Below, piece after piece: positions 50,066 through 59,215 of a stretch of DNA of 64,000 nt. This DNA is from Micrococcus sp. (GTDB lineage: Bacteria > Actinomycetota > Actinomycetes > Actinomycetales > Micrococcaceae): NCBI GenBank assembly GCA_029961105.1, contig JASBVO010000012.1, forward strand, positions 90,501 through 154,500, in the 5' to 3' direction. The notes below the pieces were generated by a model. That model worked only from the letters and a program-made list of their open reading frames with translations. It did not search any database and was not told the DNA's origin. Made by a program: the position numbers and the translations under genes. How positions within the stretch are numbered: position 1 is the stretch's first letter; every line of letters begins with the position of its first letter.

Positions 50066-50372
50066 GATGCACACCTGCCAGCAGTTCGTAGCGCGGGTTG
50101 AAGACGGTGGGGACCCCGTCATGGTCTGCCCGGAAGCCCTCGACGTGCAGCCACCGGCCGGGCTCGATCCCGGGCACGGAACGCTGCCCGATCCAGACGA
50201 GCCGGATCCGCTCACCGGACACGGACACCTGGCCGGGCCCGGCGGGCTCGGTCACGAGGTCGGCGGCGAAACGGGCCGGGCCGTCACGGCCGGGACGCCG
50301 GACGTCGTCGACCATGCCGTCCAGGCGCACGACGGCGCCGTGGGGCTCCCCCGGTCCGGTGGCACCGATCAA
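50058..50372 (-). CDS. small OB-fold domain protein
   Basis: 104 aa with a TTG start in a TTGA overlap with the DUF3710 stop. RIRLVWIGQRSVPGIEPGRWLHVEGF...VFNPRYELL matches the OB-fold (tRNA_anti-like) small proteins found between DUF3710 and DUF3159 in Actinobacteria. Confidence 0.65.
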   Translation of the reverse strand: MIGATGPGEPHGAVVRLDGMVDDVRRPGRDGPARFAADLVTEPAGPGQVSVSGERIRLVWIGQRSVPGIEPGRWLHVEGFRADHDGVPTVFNPRYELLAGVHHD

Positions 50373-51121
50373 CGGACCTCCGTGATCTCCGGACCGCGCT
50401 CCGGCGGCCGCTGGGTCGCAGCCTGCTGGCCCGCCGCGTCCGGCTGGCCGCGGCGCACCGGCCGGAGGTTCTCCGGAGGCGTCAGCGGGAGCAGTTCCCG
50501 CGGCGGGTGCGGATCCTCCCCGCGCCTCACCACGATCCGGGAGAACACGTCGTCGATGGGGCCGGAGGACTCCTCCTTGAAGGCGGCCTCGCCCCCGACC
50601 ACGCCGCGGAGGAACCAGCGCGGGCCGTCGACGCCGAGGAACCGGGCGACTCGCCAGCCGGGGCTGCCGTCGGGCATCTTCGCGGGGATCCGGGCCAGCA
50701 CCTCGGTGCCGAACGGCCCCTGCCGCTCCCCCACCTGGGCGTTCTCGGTGGCCGCCACGGACTGGAGGATCTCCGCCCGGATCTCGTCCCAGATCCCGCC
50801 GGAGCGGGGCGCGGCGAAGGCCTGGACCTGCAGGGAGGACTGGCCCAGGGCCAGGGTGGTGCCGATGATCCGCTTCGTGGAGTCCTCGACGTCCAGGCGC
50901 ACCTTCAGGTCCTTCACGATCGGCACCCGCAGCGAGCCGAGGTCGATGTATCCGTCCAGCCCGGGCCGCTCGGAGACGTCGAAGGGACCGGTCGGGGAGG
51001 AATCACCCGACTCGCGGTCGCGGTCGTCCCGGAGCTCCTCCGGGAGGGTCACCGTCTCGATCTTGACGTTCCGGTTCCGGCCGAAGATCATCGCCCTGCC
51101 TGCCTCTCTTCCGTCACGCAT
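50369..51121 (-). CDS. DUF3710 domain-containing protein
   Basis: 250 aa: acidic N-terminus, then GPFDVSERPGLDGYIDLGSLRVP...LQVQAFAAPRSGGIWDEIR, recognised as DUF3710. Conserved position downstream of dut. Confidence 0.72.
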   Translation of the reverse strand: MRDGREAGRAMIFGRNRNVKIETVTLPEELRDDRDRESGDSSPTGPFDVSERPGLDGYIDLGSLRVPIVKDLKVRLDVEDSTKRIIGTTLALGQSSLQVQAFAAPRSGGIWDEIRAEILQSVAATENAQVGERQGPFGTEVLARIPAKMPDGSPGWRVARFLGVDGPRWFLRGVVGGEAAFKEESSGPIDDVFSRIVVRRGEDPHPPRELLPLTPPENLRPVRRGQPDAAGQQAATQRPPERGPEITEVR

Positions 51122-51221
51122 CTGAAGTCACCTCGTGCCCGCGGGTCAGCGCCCGTGGACGCGGCCAGTCCAGCTTAGGTCAGTCCTGGTGGGCCGACGA
51201 ACGATCGCACCCGGTGGGGCC

Positions 51222-51731
51222 TCACGAGCCGCCGGTGGACCCGAAGCCGCCGGTGGACCCGAACCCGGCCGCGCCGCGGTCGGAGGCCGGCAGCTCGTCC
51301 ACCGCCACGAACCGCGCCTGGGCCACGCGCTGGATGACCAGCTGCGCGATCCTGTCGCCCCGGCGCAGCCGGATCGGCTGCGAGAGATCGGTGTTCAGCA
51401 GGGGCACCTGGATCTCGCCGCGATAGCCCGCGTCAATGGTCCCCGGGGAGTTGACCAGGCTCAGGCCGTGGCGGGCGGCCAGGCCGGAGCGGGGATGGAC
51501 GAGGCCGACGAAGCCCTCCGGCAGGGCCAGGGCGACGCCCGTCGGCACCAGGGCGCGGGCGCCGGGGGCAAGCTCCACGTCCACCGTGGTGCGCAGGTCC
51601 GCCCCGGCGTCCCCGGGCAGCGCATAGGAGGGCGGCTCGATGCCGGCGTCGAGCATCCTCAGGGCCACGTCCGGGCGGTCGACGGCGGAGGCGTGCGTGC
51701 TGGTCTCGGCTGGCTGATTCACGGGCGCCAC
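51222..51731 (-). CDS. dut: dUTP diphosphatase
   Basis: 169 aa: [35 protein letters not shown] and the C-terminal GFGSTGG motif 5, i.e. all trimeric dUTPase motifs. Confidence 0.93.
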   Translation of the reverse strand: MAPVNQPAETSTHASAVDRPDVALRMLDAGIEPPSYALPGDAGADLRTTVDVELAPGARALVPTGVALALPEGFVGLVHPRSGLAARHGLSLVNSPGTIDAGYRGEIQVPLLNTDLSQPIRLRRGDRIAQLVIQRVAQARFVAVDELPASDRGAAGFGSTGGFGSTGGS

Positions 51732-51787
51732 TGTACCGGACCGGGAGTTTTGCGAATCCGGAGGCCAAACGTGGGATTCTTGGAGGC

Positions 51788-52309
51788 ATGCACGATTCCT
51801 CCTCCGCCTCCCCCGCCGACTCCGGGGCGCGCGCCGCCGACTCCTCCGTCCGCTATGAGGAGCGCTTGCACCCGTCGGGGTGGATCTGGCTCGTCGCGGT
51901 GATGATCTCCGGGCTGTCCGTCCTGGTCTTCGTCCCGATCGGACTGGAGGTCGGCCTGGTGGCGGCCGCCGTCGTCTTCATCGTCATCGCCGTCCTGCTG
52001 CGGGCCTCCACCCCGCGGATCGTGGTGACGGACACGACCCTGCAGGTCGGCCGGGCCGGGATCGAGCGCGCGTACGTGGGCGAGGTGACCGGCTACCGCC
52101 GGGATGACGCCACCCACCAGCGGGGTCCCGCCCTGCACGGGCTGGCCTTCCTGTGCATCCGCGGCTGGATCGATCCGGTGGTGCGTATCCAGATCACCGA
52201 CGAGCGGGACCGCACCCCCTACTGGCTGACCAGCACCCGGTATCCGGAACGCCTCGTGGCCGCCCTGGGCGGGACCATGGCACGGGACGCGGAGGACGCC
52301 GGCGACTGA
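51788..52309 (+). CDS. DUF3093 domain-containing membrane protein
   Basis: 173 aa: [21 protein letters not shown]..., two TM helices, then a soluble C-terminus. Conserved partner divergent from dut. Confidence 0.7.
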   Translation: MHDSSSASPADSGARAADSSVRYEERLHPSGWIWLVAVMISGLSVLVFVPIGLEVGLVAAAVVFIVIAVLLRASTPRIVVTDTTLQVGRAGIERAYVGEVTGYRRDDATHQRGPALHGLAFLCIRGWIDPVVRIQITDERDRTPYWLTSTRYPERLVAALGGTMARDAEDAGD

Positions 52310-52352
52310 CGCCCGGGGGGCGCCCACGGGGCACCCACGGCCGCGGACAACT

Positions 52353-52382
52353 CAGGCCGGCCAGGATGACCTGGCCGGCCTG
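52353..52382. terminator. bidirectional stem-loop between convergent DUF3093 and DUF4193 genes
   Basis: Perfect 13-bp stem CAGGCCGGCCAGG / CCTGGCCGGCCTG with a 4-nt loop ATGA. Confidence 0.6.
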
Positions 52383-52434
52383 TCGCGTGCTTCGGGTATG
52401 CCGCGGGGCGCGGCGGCGGGGTGAGGGGTGCCGA

Positions 52435-52734
52435 TCAGCCTTCGCAGTCGGTGCAGTAAAGCATGCCGTTCTTCTCCTTGGCGACCTGGGACCGGTGGCG
52501 GACCAGGAAGCAGGAGGCACAGGTGAACTCATCGGCCTGGGCGGGAAGCACCCGGACCATCAGCTCCTCACCGGACAGGTCGGCACCGGGAAGCTCGAAT
52601 CCCTCGGCGGCCTCGGCCTCGTCTTCATCGACCACCGCGGACTGGGTGTCCGTGCGGCGGTTCTTCAATTCCTCGATCGAGCTCTCGGACAGCTCGTCGT
52701 CGTTCTTGCGTGGCGCGTCGTAATCGGTGGCCAT
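52435..52734 (-). CDS. DUF4193 domain-containing protein
   Basis: 99 aa: MATDYDAPRKNDDELSESSIEELK...DEFTCASCFLVRHRSQ...YCTDCEG, an acidic N-terminus plus a CxxC...CxxC zinc-ribbon-like C-terminus characteristic of DUF4193. Confidence 0.85.
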   Translation of the reverse strand: MATDYDAPRKNDDELSESSIEELKNRRTDTQSAVVDEDEAEAAEGFELPGADLSGEELMVRVLPAQADEFTCASCFLVRHRSQVAKEKNGMLYCTDCEG

Positions 52735-53112
52735 AATGGGGTGTGTTCACGCTCCGCTGATGTGGCCGGGGAGACCGACCGTGGGTGGGATGTTGAGATA
52801 GGGAGGCCGGAACCGCTTCGGAACCGGCCGGACTGACCGGTCTGGCCGGCCACGTGATACCGGTCCGCGGGGCTTTTCCGACCCCTCGCCGGTCTGCACG
52901 TCGGTGAGATTGTTCCCTACGCGGGGGCGAAATCAAAATCGCTGTGAGCGTACAGTGGTGAGCAGGGCGGACGGATCCACGCCACACCGGGACCATCGTC
53001 GTGCGCGGCCACCGGAATCGTGGCAAAGTCAATCAGGGACCGACCCATACGTCCGCCGCGTGGGCTGCCGGGGACGTCCCGGACCGACCCAAGCCGATCG
53101 TGGAGGACGAAC

Positions 53113-54366
53113 ATGCAGGAGCTCCGTCTCGTTGGTGTCCAGGAGGACGGCGGGCACCTGTTGCTGAGCAACGAGGACGGCGAGGAGTTCTCCCTCCCGG
53201 TGACCGACGCCCTGAGGGCGGCGGCCACCCGTCCGATCGGCCGGCCCTCGGCCAAGGCGGCAGACGCCGCCGAAGGCGTGATGACGCCCCGTGACATCCA
53301 GGCCCGCATCCGTGCCGGCGCCACCGCCGAACAGGTGGCCGCCGCCTCCGGGGTCGACCTGGAGCGGGTCCGCAAGTACGAGGGACCGGTGCTGGCCGAG
53401 CGCGACTGGATCGCCCACCAGGCGCGCCAGGTCGAGGTCGCCGCGCCGCAGCCCGGACACGACCTCTACCGCGGAACGTTCGGCGAGAACCCGGCGCTGC
53501 TCGGAGACATGGTGCGTCACCGGCTGGCCGCCCTCGGCATGGACACGACCACGGCTCACTGGGACGCCTGGCGGATGGATGACGGCACCTGGACCGTCAG
53601 CCTCGACTTCTCCACCGAGGGGGCGGAATCGGCCATCGGTGACCAGCCCCCCGCGCTGTGGTCCTTCCGTCCCAGCAGCAGGCACCTCGACAACCGGAAC
53701 CGCTGGGCCCAGGTGCTCTCCGAGCTGGACCCGCTGGACGGCGCCTTCGGCGCCCGCCGGCTCGCCGCCGTCGGGGACCGGCCCTTCAACGTGGAGGAGG
53801 ACGACGCCGGCCCGGCCCCGGCGCCCGTCACCCGCGGGCCCCGCCCGGCCGTGGACCAGGACTCGCAGGACGAACTGCTGGACGTGCTGAGGGCCCGCCG
53901 CGGCCAGCGCCTCGGCGTCGACGAGGAGGGCGACGACGAGCTGGCCCTGATGCTGACCCGGGACGAGCATGCCCAGCCGTCCCCGCAGCGCCCCCGCCTC
54001 ACCGTGGCCGCCGCCCCGGACGACGACGCGTCGGACACCGGGCGGCGGGACGACGACGGCCCCGTGGATTCCGCCGCGGACGGCTGGGTCGAGGTCTGGG
54101 ATGAGGACGACGAGGAGGACCCGCGCTTCAGCACCCCCGACGAGGGCACGGCCGGCGCGGATGAGGCGGCCGGCGCGGACGCCGCCGAGACCGAGGGCGA
54201 ACACCCCGACCAGACCACCCTGGAGCTCGCCGACAAGGGGTCCGGATCGCGGCCCGCCCGCTCCGCCGAGCAGTCGCGCCCGGCTCGGCCGGCCAAGCCG
54301 GTCAAGTCCAAGCGGCCGTCGGTCCCCAGCTGGGACGAGATCGTCTTCGGCCGCAAGAACGACTGA
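53113..54366 (+). CDS. sepH: septation protein SepH (DUF3071)
   Basis: ATG 53113 has GGAGGA 5 nt upstream. MQELRLVGVQEDGGHLLLSNEDGEEFSLPVTDAL...PRDIQARIRAGATAEQVAAASGVDLERVRKYEGPVLAER matches the DUF3071 N-terminal HTH region. Long acidic/disordered C-terminus ending in a basic patch. Confidence 0.8.
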   Translation: MQELRLVGVQEDGGHLLLSNEDGEEFSLPVTDALRAAATRPIGRPSAKAADAAEGVMTPRDIQARIRAGATAEQVAAASGVDLERVRKYEGPVLAERDWIAHQARQVEVAAPQPGHDLYRGTFGENPALLGDMVRHRLAALGMDTTTAHWDAWRMDDGTWTVSLDFSTEGAESAIGDQPPALWSFRPSSRHLDNRNRWAQVLSELDPLDGAFGARRLAAVGDRPFNVEEDDAGPAPAPVTRGPRPAVDQDSQDELLDVLRARRGQRLGVDEEGDDELALMLTRDEHAQPSPQRPRLTVAAAPDDDASDTGRRDDDGPVDSAADGWVEVWDEDDEEDPRFSTPDEGTAGADEAAGADAAETEGEHPDQTTLELADKGSGSRPARSAEQSRPARPAKPVKSKRPSVPSWDEIVFGRKND

Positions 54367-54402
54367 GCCGGCCGGGCCGGCCGCCGTCGCCCGTTGGCCG
54401 GC

Positions 54403-54420
54403 CGCCGTCCCCGGACGGCG
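54403..54420. terminator. short GC hairpin between convergent sepH and phosphodiesterase genes
   Basis: CGCCGTCC-cc-GGACGGCG, effectively 7 bp with a 4-nt loop. It sits next to a 14-bp direct duplication, GGCCGGCCGCCGTC, at 54378 and 54397. Confidence 0.35.
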
Positions 54421-54423
54421 CGG

Positions 54424-55590
54424 TTACCGCAGCGGCCGGTGCAGCATCAGCAACGGCACCTCGCGCTCGGCCCGCGTGGGCGAGCCGTGGTGTCCCACCA
54501 TCTCGAACGCCGCCGGCGCCGCCCGGCGGCCGTCGTAGAGGGCCACCGGCCCGTGGGCCGCGACGAGCAGTTCCCCGATGCGGGGCATGACCCGGTCCCC
54601 GGTCGCACCGAACCAGCCGGCCTCGAGGGCCTGGTCGCGGGTCAGGACCCAGGCGTGGTCGCCGAAGGCGGCACGCCACGCGTTGGTGGTCCGCTCACGG
54701 ACCGCCGGGCCGGCGTCGGGAGCGAAGTGCAGCTGGACGAACCGGGGCTCGCCCGCCGTGTGCCCGATCCCGTCGACGAGGGCGGGCATCGCGGAGTAGT
54801 CGATCCGGCCGGACTCGGGGACGTCCACCATGCCGTGGTCCCCGGTGAGCACGAGGACGGTGTCCTGGGGGACGGACTGGCTCAGCCGGCGCGCGGCCGA
54901 GTCGATCTCCTCGAGGGCGTAGAGCCACTTCTCGGACCCGGTGCCGTGCTGGTGCCCGGCCTTGTCCAGTTCGTTCAGGTACAGGTACAGCAGCACCGGC
55001 TGCCTCGCCCCGTGCAGCTCCTCGCGCGCGTGCTGGAACCGCGCGTGCAGCGTGGTCCCGCCGACGAATCGGGACCCCCGCAGGGACGCGCGGGTCAGGG
55101 CGGAGTCCTCGAAGGCCGGCAGCGAGACGGTGACCGGTTCCACCCCGGTCCCGGCGAGTCGTTCGAAGACCGTGGGCTCGGGCTGCCAGCGCAGCGGATC
55201 CGTCTGCGGGTCCCAGCCGTTGAGCTGGTTGATGACGGTGTCCCGCTCGGGGTCGAGCACGTCATAGCCGACCAGGCCGTGGCGCCCCGGCTCCAGGCCG
55301 GTGCCCAGGCTGGAGAGGGAGGACGCCGTGGTGGTGGGGAACGCCGACTGCAGCGTGGCGGAGTCACGGTCCAGCACCGACCTCAGGAACGGCGCGTGGC
55401 CGCCGTAGCGCTTCAGGAGCGCCTTGCCGAGCCCGTCCACCATCACGACGGCGGCCCGCCGGGTGCGCGGCAGCGCCAGCGCGTTGGTGAATCCGGGAGC
55501 GCCCAGCGCGGCCGCGGCCGAGGTCAGGACGCTGGCCAGCGACCGGCCGGCATAGGGAGGCCCGGCAGGGAGGGGTGGAGTGGACGTCAC
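54424..55590 (-). CDS. alkaline-phosphatase-superfamily nucleotide pyrophosphatase/phosphodiesterase
   Basis: 388 aa, with a GTG start in a GTGA overlap with the DUF5998 stop. Metal/nucleophile motifs VVMVDGLG, FPTTTASS, LDKAGH, TGDHGM and GHHGS are typical of the PF01663-type family. Confidence 0.8.
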   Translation of the reverse strand: MTSTPPLPAGPPYAGRSLASVLTSAAAALGAPGFTNALALPRTRRAAVVMVDGLGKALLKRYGGHAPFLRSVLDRDSATLQSAFPTTTASSLSSLGTGLEPGRHGLVGYDVLDPERDTVINQLNGWDPQTDPLRWQPEPTVFERLAGTGVEPVTVSLPAFEDSALTRASLRGSRFVGGTTLHARFQHAREELHGARQPVLLYLYLNELDKAGHQHGTGSEKWLYALEEIDSAARRLSQSVPQDTVLVLTGDHGMVDVPESGRIDYSAMPALVDGIGHTAGEPRFVQLHFAPDAGPAVRERTTNAWRAAFGDHAWVLTRDQALEAGWFGATGDRVMPRIGELLVAAHGPVALYDGRRAAPAAFEMVGHHGSPTRAEREVPLLMLHRPLR

Positions 55591-56336
55591 CGCCCGGTCC
55601 GCTCCCGGTCCGGGTCGATGGTGGCCCGCCGCAGGTCCCGGTAGAAGGCCAGGGCGGCGTCGACGGCGCGCTGGCCCTCGGCCTCGGCCGCCACCCGCAG
55701 CACGAGGTCCTCCCGGGCCGAGGTGCCGGTGTATCCGTGGTCGGCATCGCAGTTGGGGTCCGCGCAGGCCGCCGGGGCCAGGTCGATGCGCTGTCCCCCG
55801 GCCCAGGTCACGGACAGGGTGACCTCGGCGACCGGATCGCCGCGGCGGAAGTCCTGCGGCTGGGGGTGGACCGTGGTGGCGACCACCGAGTCGATGCGGC
55901 GCAGCGGGACCACCTCGGTGGACACCTGGGCCATGACCTGCTCGCCGGCGTCGTCCAGGGCGTGGTCGTCCAGGTGCAGGGCGGCCATGATGTCCCCGGC
56001 CAGGGCGAGCACCGTGATGTGCCGGTGGATCTCGTCGTAGTCGAAGTGGGTGTCCACGTGCACCAGGTGGCTGGTGACCGCCCGCCCGTCCAGCACGGAG
56101 TCAAGCACCTCCGCCACCAGCTCCGGATAGAAGCCGGCGCGCTCGAGGTCCGCCCCCAGGCTGCTGCTGGCGCGGTCCGCTGCGGGCGCGGGCCCGGCCG
56201 GGCGCTGGCCCGGCGCCTGGACCTCCTGCGGGTCCGGCGGATTGGTGCCGGAACCGTCCGCGGCGCCCGGGGAGTGGTGCCCGGACGGGTGCTGGCCGGA
56301 GCCGGGGTTCCTGCGCAGTGGAGTCATGCCGTCCAT
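55587..56336 (-). CDS. DUF5998 family protein
   Basis: 249 aa. After a disordered N-terminus: LERAGFYPELVAEVLDSVLDGR...HLVHVDTHFD...VLALAGD, recognised as the conserved actinobacterial family found between the Pat-type gene and the phosphodiesterase. Confidence 0.68.
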   Translation of the reverse strand: MDGMTPLRRNPGSGQHPSGHHSPGAADGSGTNPPDPQEVQAPGQRPAGPAPAADRASSSLGADLERAGFYPELVAEVLDSVLDGRAVTSHLVHVDTHFDYDEIHRHITVLALAGDIMAALHLDDHALDDAGEQVMAQVSTEVVPLRRIDSVVATTVHPQPQDFRRGDPVAEVTLSVTWAGGQRIDLAPAACADPNCDADHGYTGTSAREDLVLRVAAEAEGQRAVDAALAFYRDLRRATIDPDRERTGR

Positions 56337-56414
56337 GCTATCGGCCGCGTCCAGTTCCGGCGTCCGGGCTGCGGCCTCGGGGGGAGGCCTTCGGGGTGCG
56401 GCCCGGGGCCCGGT

Positions 56415-59138
56415 TCAGCCGCGCATGGCCCGGCGCGCGGAGTCCGTGCGCTGGGCGGCGTTGGCCACGTCCACCTCGGCGGAGAGCACCGTGACCCCCC
56501 GGTCCGAGGCCAGGACCGGGTTGAACCGGATCCGGGCGACCTGCGGGTGGTCGTCCTTCAGCGCGGCGGTGCGGGCCAGCAGGTCCTGCAGCGCGGCGGC
56601 ATCGACCGCGGGCAGTCCGCCGTAGCCGAAGAGCTTGGCCGCGGCGCGCGGTGCCCGGATCATCCGTTCCAGGTCCTGGTCCGTCAGCGGCGGCACGAGG
56701 TGGACCCAGTCGTCCAGCAGGTCCACCGCGTCCCCGGCGATGCCGAAGGACACCACTGGGCCCAGCAACGGGTCCTCCAGGGCCGTGATGATGCAGGCCT
56801 GCCCGGAGGGTGCCATCGACTGCACCTCCAGGCTCGGGCTGCCGTAGGGCTCCAGGATGCTGCGCATCTGGGACACGTTGCGCCGCAGGGAGGCCGCGTC
56901 CACGATGTTCAGTCGCACCCCGCTCAGGTCCAGCCGGTGGCGGAGGTAGGAGTCGACGGCCTTGACCGCCACCGGCCAGCCCAGCCGGTCCGCGGCCGCC
57001 ACGGCCTCGTCCTCGGTGGTGAACCGCTCCGCGGCGAGCACGTCGATGCCGTAGCAGCGCAGCAGCTCGCAGGCCTCGTCCGTGGAGAGCCGGACCAGGT
57101 CCGTCCCGGTGGCCCGGGCGGTCCATCCGTCGAGGAGGGCCTCGGCCCGGTTCCGGTCCACTCCCTGCGGCTCGACGGCGATGCCCTCCTCCGCCTGGCG
57201 CCAGTCGCGGTACCGCACCAGCCGGGACAGCACGCGGGCGGCCTGTTCCGGGGAGGAGAACACCGGCAGGCCCCGCTGTAGTCCCCCGTCCTCGGTCGCC
57301 GGCTCCGACCGGCGCAGGGTGGCCGACTGGTAGTCCGGGTCCAGGACCCCGGTGAAGGAGGCCAGGACGGGCACGCCGGAGCCCCGGGCGGCCTCCTCGA
57401 CGGCGGCCGCCAGCCGGTCCGCGTCCCCGGGCTGCTGGTGCATCCCCGCCTGGGTGACCACCAGCAGGGAGTCGACGGTGTCCGACCCCACGGCCCGGCG
57501 CACGGCCTCGCCCAGGGCGCGCTCGGCGTCCTCCACCAGGTGCTCGGCGTCCAGGCCGGGCACGTCCACGGTGGCGGTCACGGACAGGCCGTGGCGCTCG
57601 GCGGCGTCGGTCACCACCCGGTTCAGGGCGAGCGAGTTGCCGAGCACCCCGACCCGCCTGCCGGCCGGCAGGGGCTGGCAGGCCATGGCCTGCAGGAGGT
57701 CCATGAGGTCGTCGTGGTTGTCCACCTGGATGACACCGGTCTGTTCCAGCATCGAGTCCACGGCCCCCGCGGGGGCCTGGGTGGTCCGGGTCTCGTGGCC
57801 GGGCGGCAGCCGGCGGCCCATGACGTCCGAGCGCGCCACCACCACCGGCTTGGAGCGGGACAGGCGGCGGGCGATCCGGGAGAACTTGCGCGGATTGCCG
57901 AAGGACTCCAGGTAGACCCCCACGGCGGCCGTGGCCGGATCGTCCTCGAAGTACTGCATCGCGTCATTGCCGGAGACGTCCGCCCGGTTGCCGGCCGAGA
58001 CCATGGAGGACAGGCCGATGCCGCGGCGGTGGGCCGCGGCGAACAGGGTGGCCCCGATCGCGGCGGACTGGGAGAACAGCCCGACGGCGCCCCGCGCCGG
58101 CAGGAAGGGCGAGACCGAGGCGTTGAGCGACACGGCCGGGGAGGTGTTGACGATCCCGGCAGAGGCCGGGCCGATCACCCGCATGCCGTTGGCCCGGGCC
58201 TGGCGCACCAGCTCCCGCTGGCGGGCGAGCCCCCCGCGGCCGGCGTCGGCGTACCCGGTGGTGACGACCAGCAGGCCCTTGACGCCGTGCCGCGCGCAGT
58301 CCTCGACCACCGCCGGGACCTCGTCCACGGGCACCGCCACCACGGCCAGCTCGACGGGCCCGGGCACCTCGGACAGGGCGGACCGGGAGATCATCCCGGC
58401 CAGTTCCAGGGCCTCGCGGTTGATGCCGTAGACGGGCCCGGTGTAGCCGCCCTCGATGATGTTCTGCAACAGGGCGAAACCCACCGACCCCCACTGGCGG
58501 CTCGCCCCGATCACCGCAACGGACTCCGGGGCGAGCAGCTCGGCCAGGGACTTCGCCTCGGCACGGTGCTCGCGGGACTCCATGACCGCGCGGACCTTGG
58601 CCGTGGGGTCGATCGAGAACTCGACCGCCACCACGCCGTCGTCGAAGCGGCGGGAGACCTCGAAGCCGGACTCCTGGAACACGGAGAGCATCTTGCGGTT
58701 CTCCGGCAGGACCTCCGCGGTGAAGCGGCGGATGCCGTTCTCCCGCGCGGCCACGGCGAGGTGCTCCATGAGGATCGAGCCGATGCCCTTGCCCTGGGAG
58801 GCGTCCGAGATGTTGAACGCCACCTCCGCCTCGGCCGGGTCGTCCAGCCGGTCGTACCGGCCGACGCCCAGGATCTCGCCGCCGCGCAGCACCACCAGGG
58901 CCACCCGGTCCCGGTAGTCCACGTGGGTGAAGCGGTCCAGTTCCTTCTTGGTCAGCGTGGACTTGAAGGTGAAGAACCGCAGGTAGATCGAGCTCTGCGA
59001 CTGGCCCTCGTGCATGCGCACGAGGCCGGAGGCGTCGTCCGGGGTGACAGGCCTCAGGTGGGCCGTGGTCCCGTCCCGCAGGACGACATCGGCTTCCCAG
59101 TGGGCCGGATATTCGGGGGTTCTCGGCGTCTCGCCCAT
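56415..59138 (-). CDS. bifunctional GNAT N-acetyltransferase / NDP-forming acyl-CoA synthetase-like protein (Pat-type protein acetyltransferase)
   Basis: 907 aa from ATG 59138. N-terminal GNAT (VLRDGTTAHLRPVTPDD...QGKGIGSILMEHL), then a CoA-binding domain (SVAVIGASRQWGSVGF...GPVYGINR), a succinyl-CoA-synthetase-like flavodoxin domain and a C-terminal ATP-grasp domain. Confidence 0.88.
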   Translation of the reverse strand: MGETPRTPEYPAHWEADVVLRDGTTAHLRPVTPDDASGLVRMHEGQSQSSIYLRFFTFKSTLTKKELDRFTHVDYRDRVALVVLRGGEILGVGRYDRLDDPAEAEVAFNISDASQGKGIGSILMEHLAVAARENGIRRFTAEVLPENRKMLSVFQESGFEVSRRFDDGVVAVEFSIDPTAKVRAVMESREHRAEAKSLAELLAPESVAVIGASRQWGSVGFALLQNIIEGGYTGPVYGINREALELAGMISRSALSEVPGPVELAVVAVPVDEVPAVVEDCARHGVKGLLVVTTGYADAGRGGLARQRELVRQARANGMRVIGPASAGIVNTSPAVSLNASVSPFLPARGAVGLFSQSAAIGATLFAAAHRRGIGLSSMVSAGNRADVSGNDAMQYFEDDPATAAVGVYLESFGNPRKFSRIARRLSRSKPVVVARSDVMGRRLPPGHETRTTQAPAGAVDSMLEQTGVIQVDNHDDLMDLLQAMACQPLPAGRRVGVLGNSLALNRVVTDAAERHGLSVTATVDVPGLDAEHLVEDAERALGEAVRRAVGSDTVDSLLVVTQAGMHQQPGDADRLAAAVEEAARGSGVPVLASFTGVLDPDYQSATLRRSEPATEDGGLQRGLPVFSSPEQAARVLSRLVRYRDWRQAEEGIAVEPQGVDRNRAEALLDGWTARATGTDLVRLSTDEACELLRCYGIDVLAAERFTTEDEAVAAADRLGWPVAVKAVDSYLRHRLDLSGVRLNIVDAASLRRNVSQMRSILEPYGSPSLEVQSMAPSGQACIITALEDPLLGPVVSFGIAGDAVDLLDDWVHLVPPLTDQDLERMIRAPRAAAKLFGYGGLPAVDAAALQDLLARTAALKDDHPQVARIRFNPVLASDRGVTVLSAEVDVANAAQRTDSARRAMRG

Positions 59139-59215
59139 AGGATCACAGTAGACAATTCCCGTCCCGCGCGCTGTGCCGCGAGGACCCATCCCGCACAAGG
59201 ACACCTGCAGACCCC

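Noticed and set aside
54378-54410. Direct repeats GGCCGGCCGCCGTC x2, checked as a possible CRISPR or REP-like array
   Set aside because: There are only two copies 19 bp apart, in a 57-bp gap between convergent genes. No array structure and no cas genes anywhere in the window.
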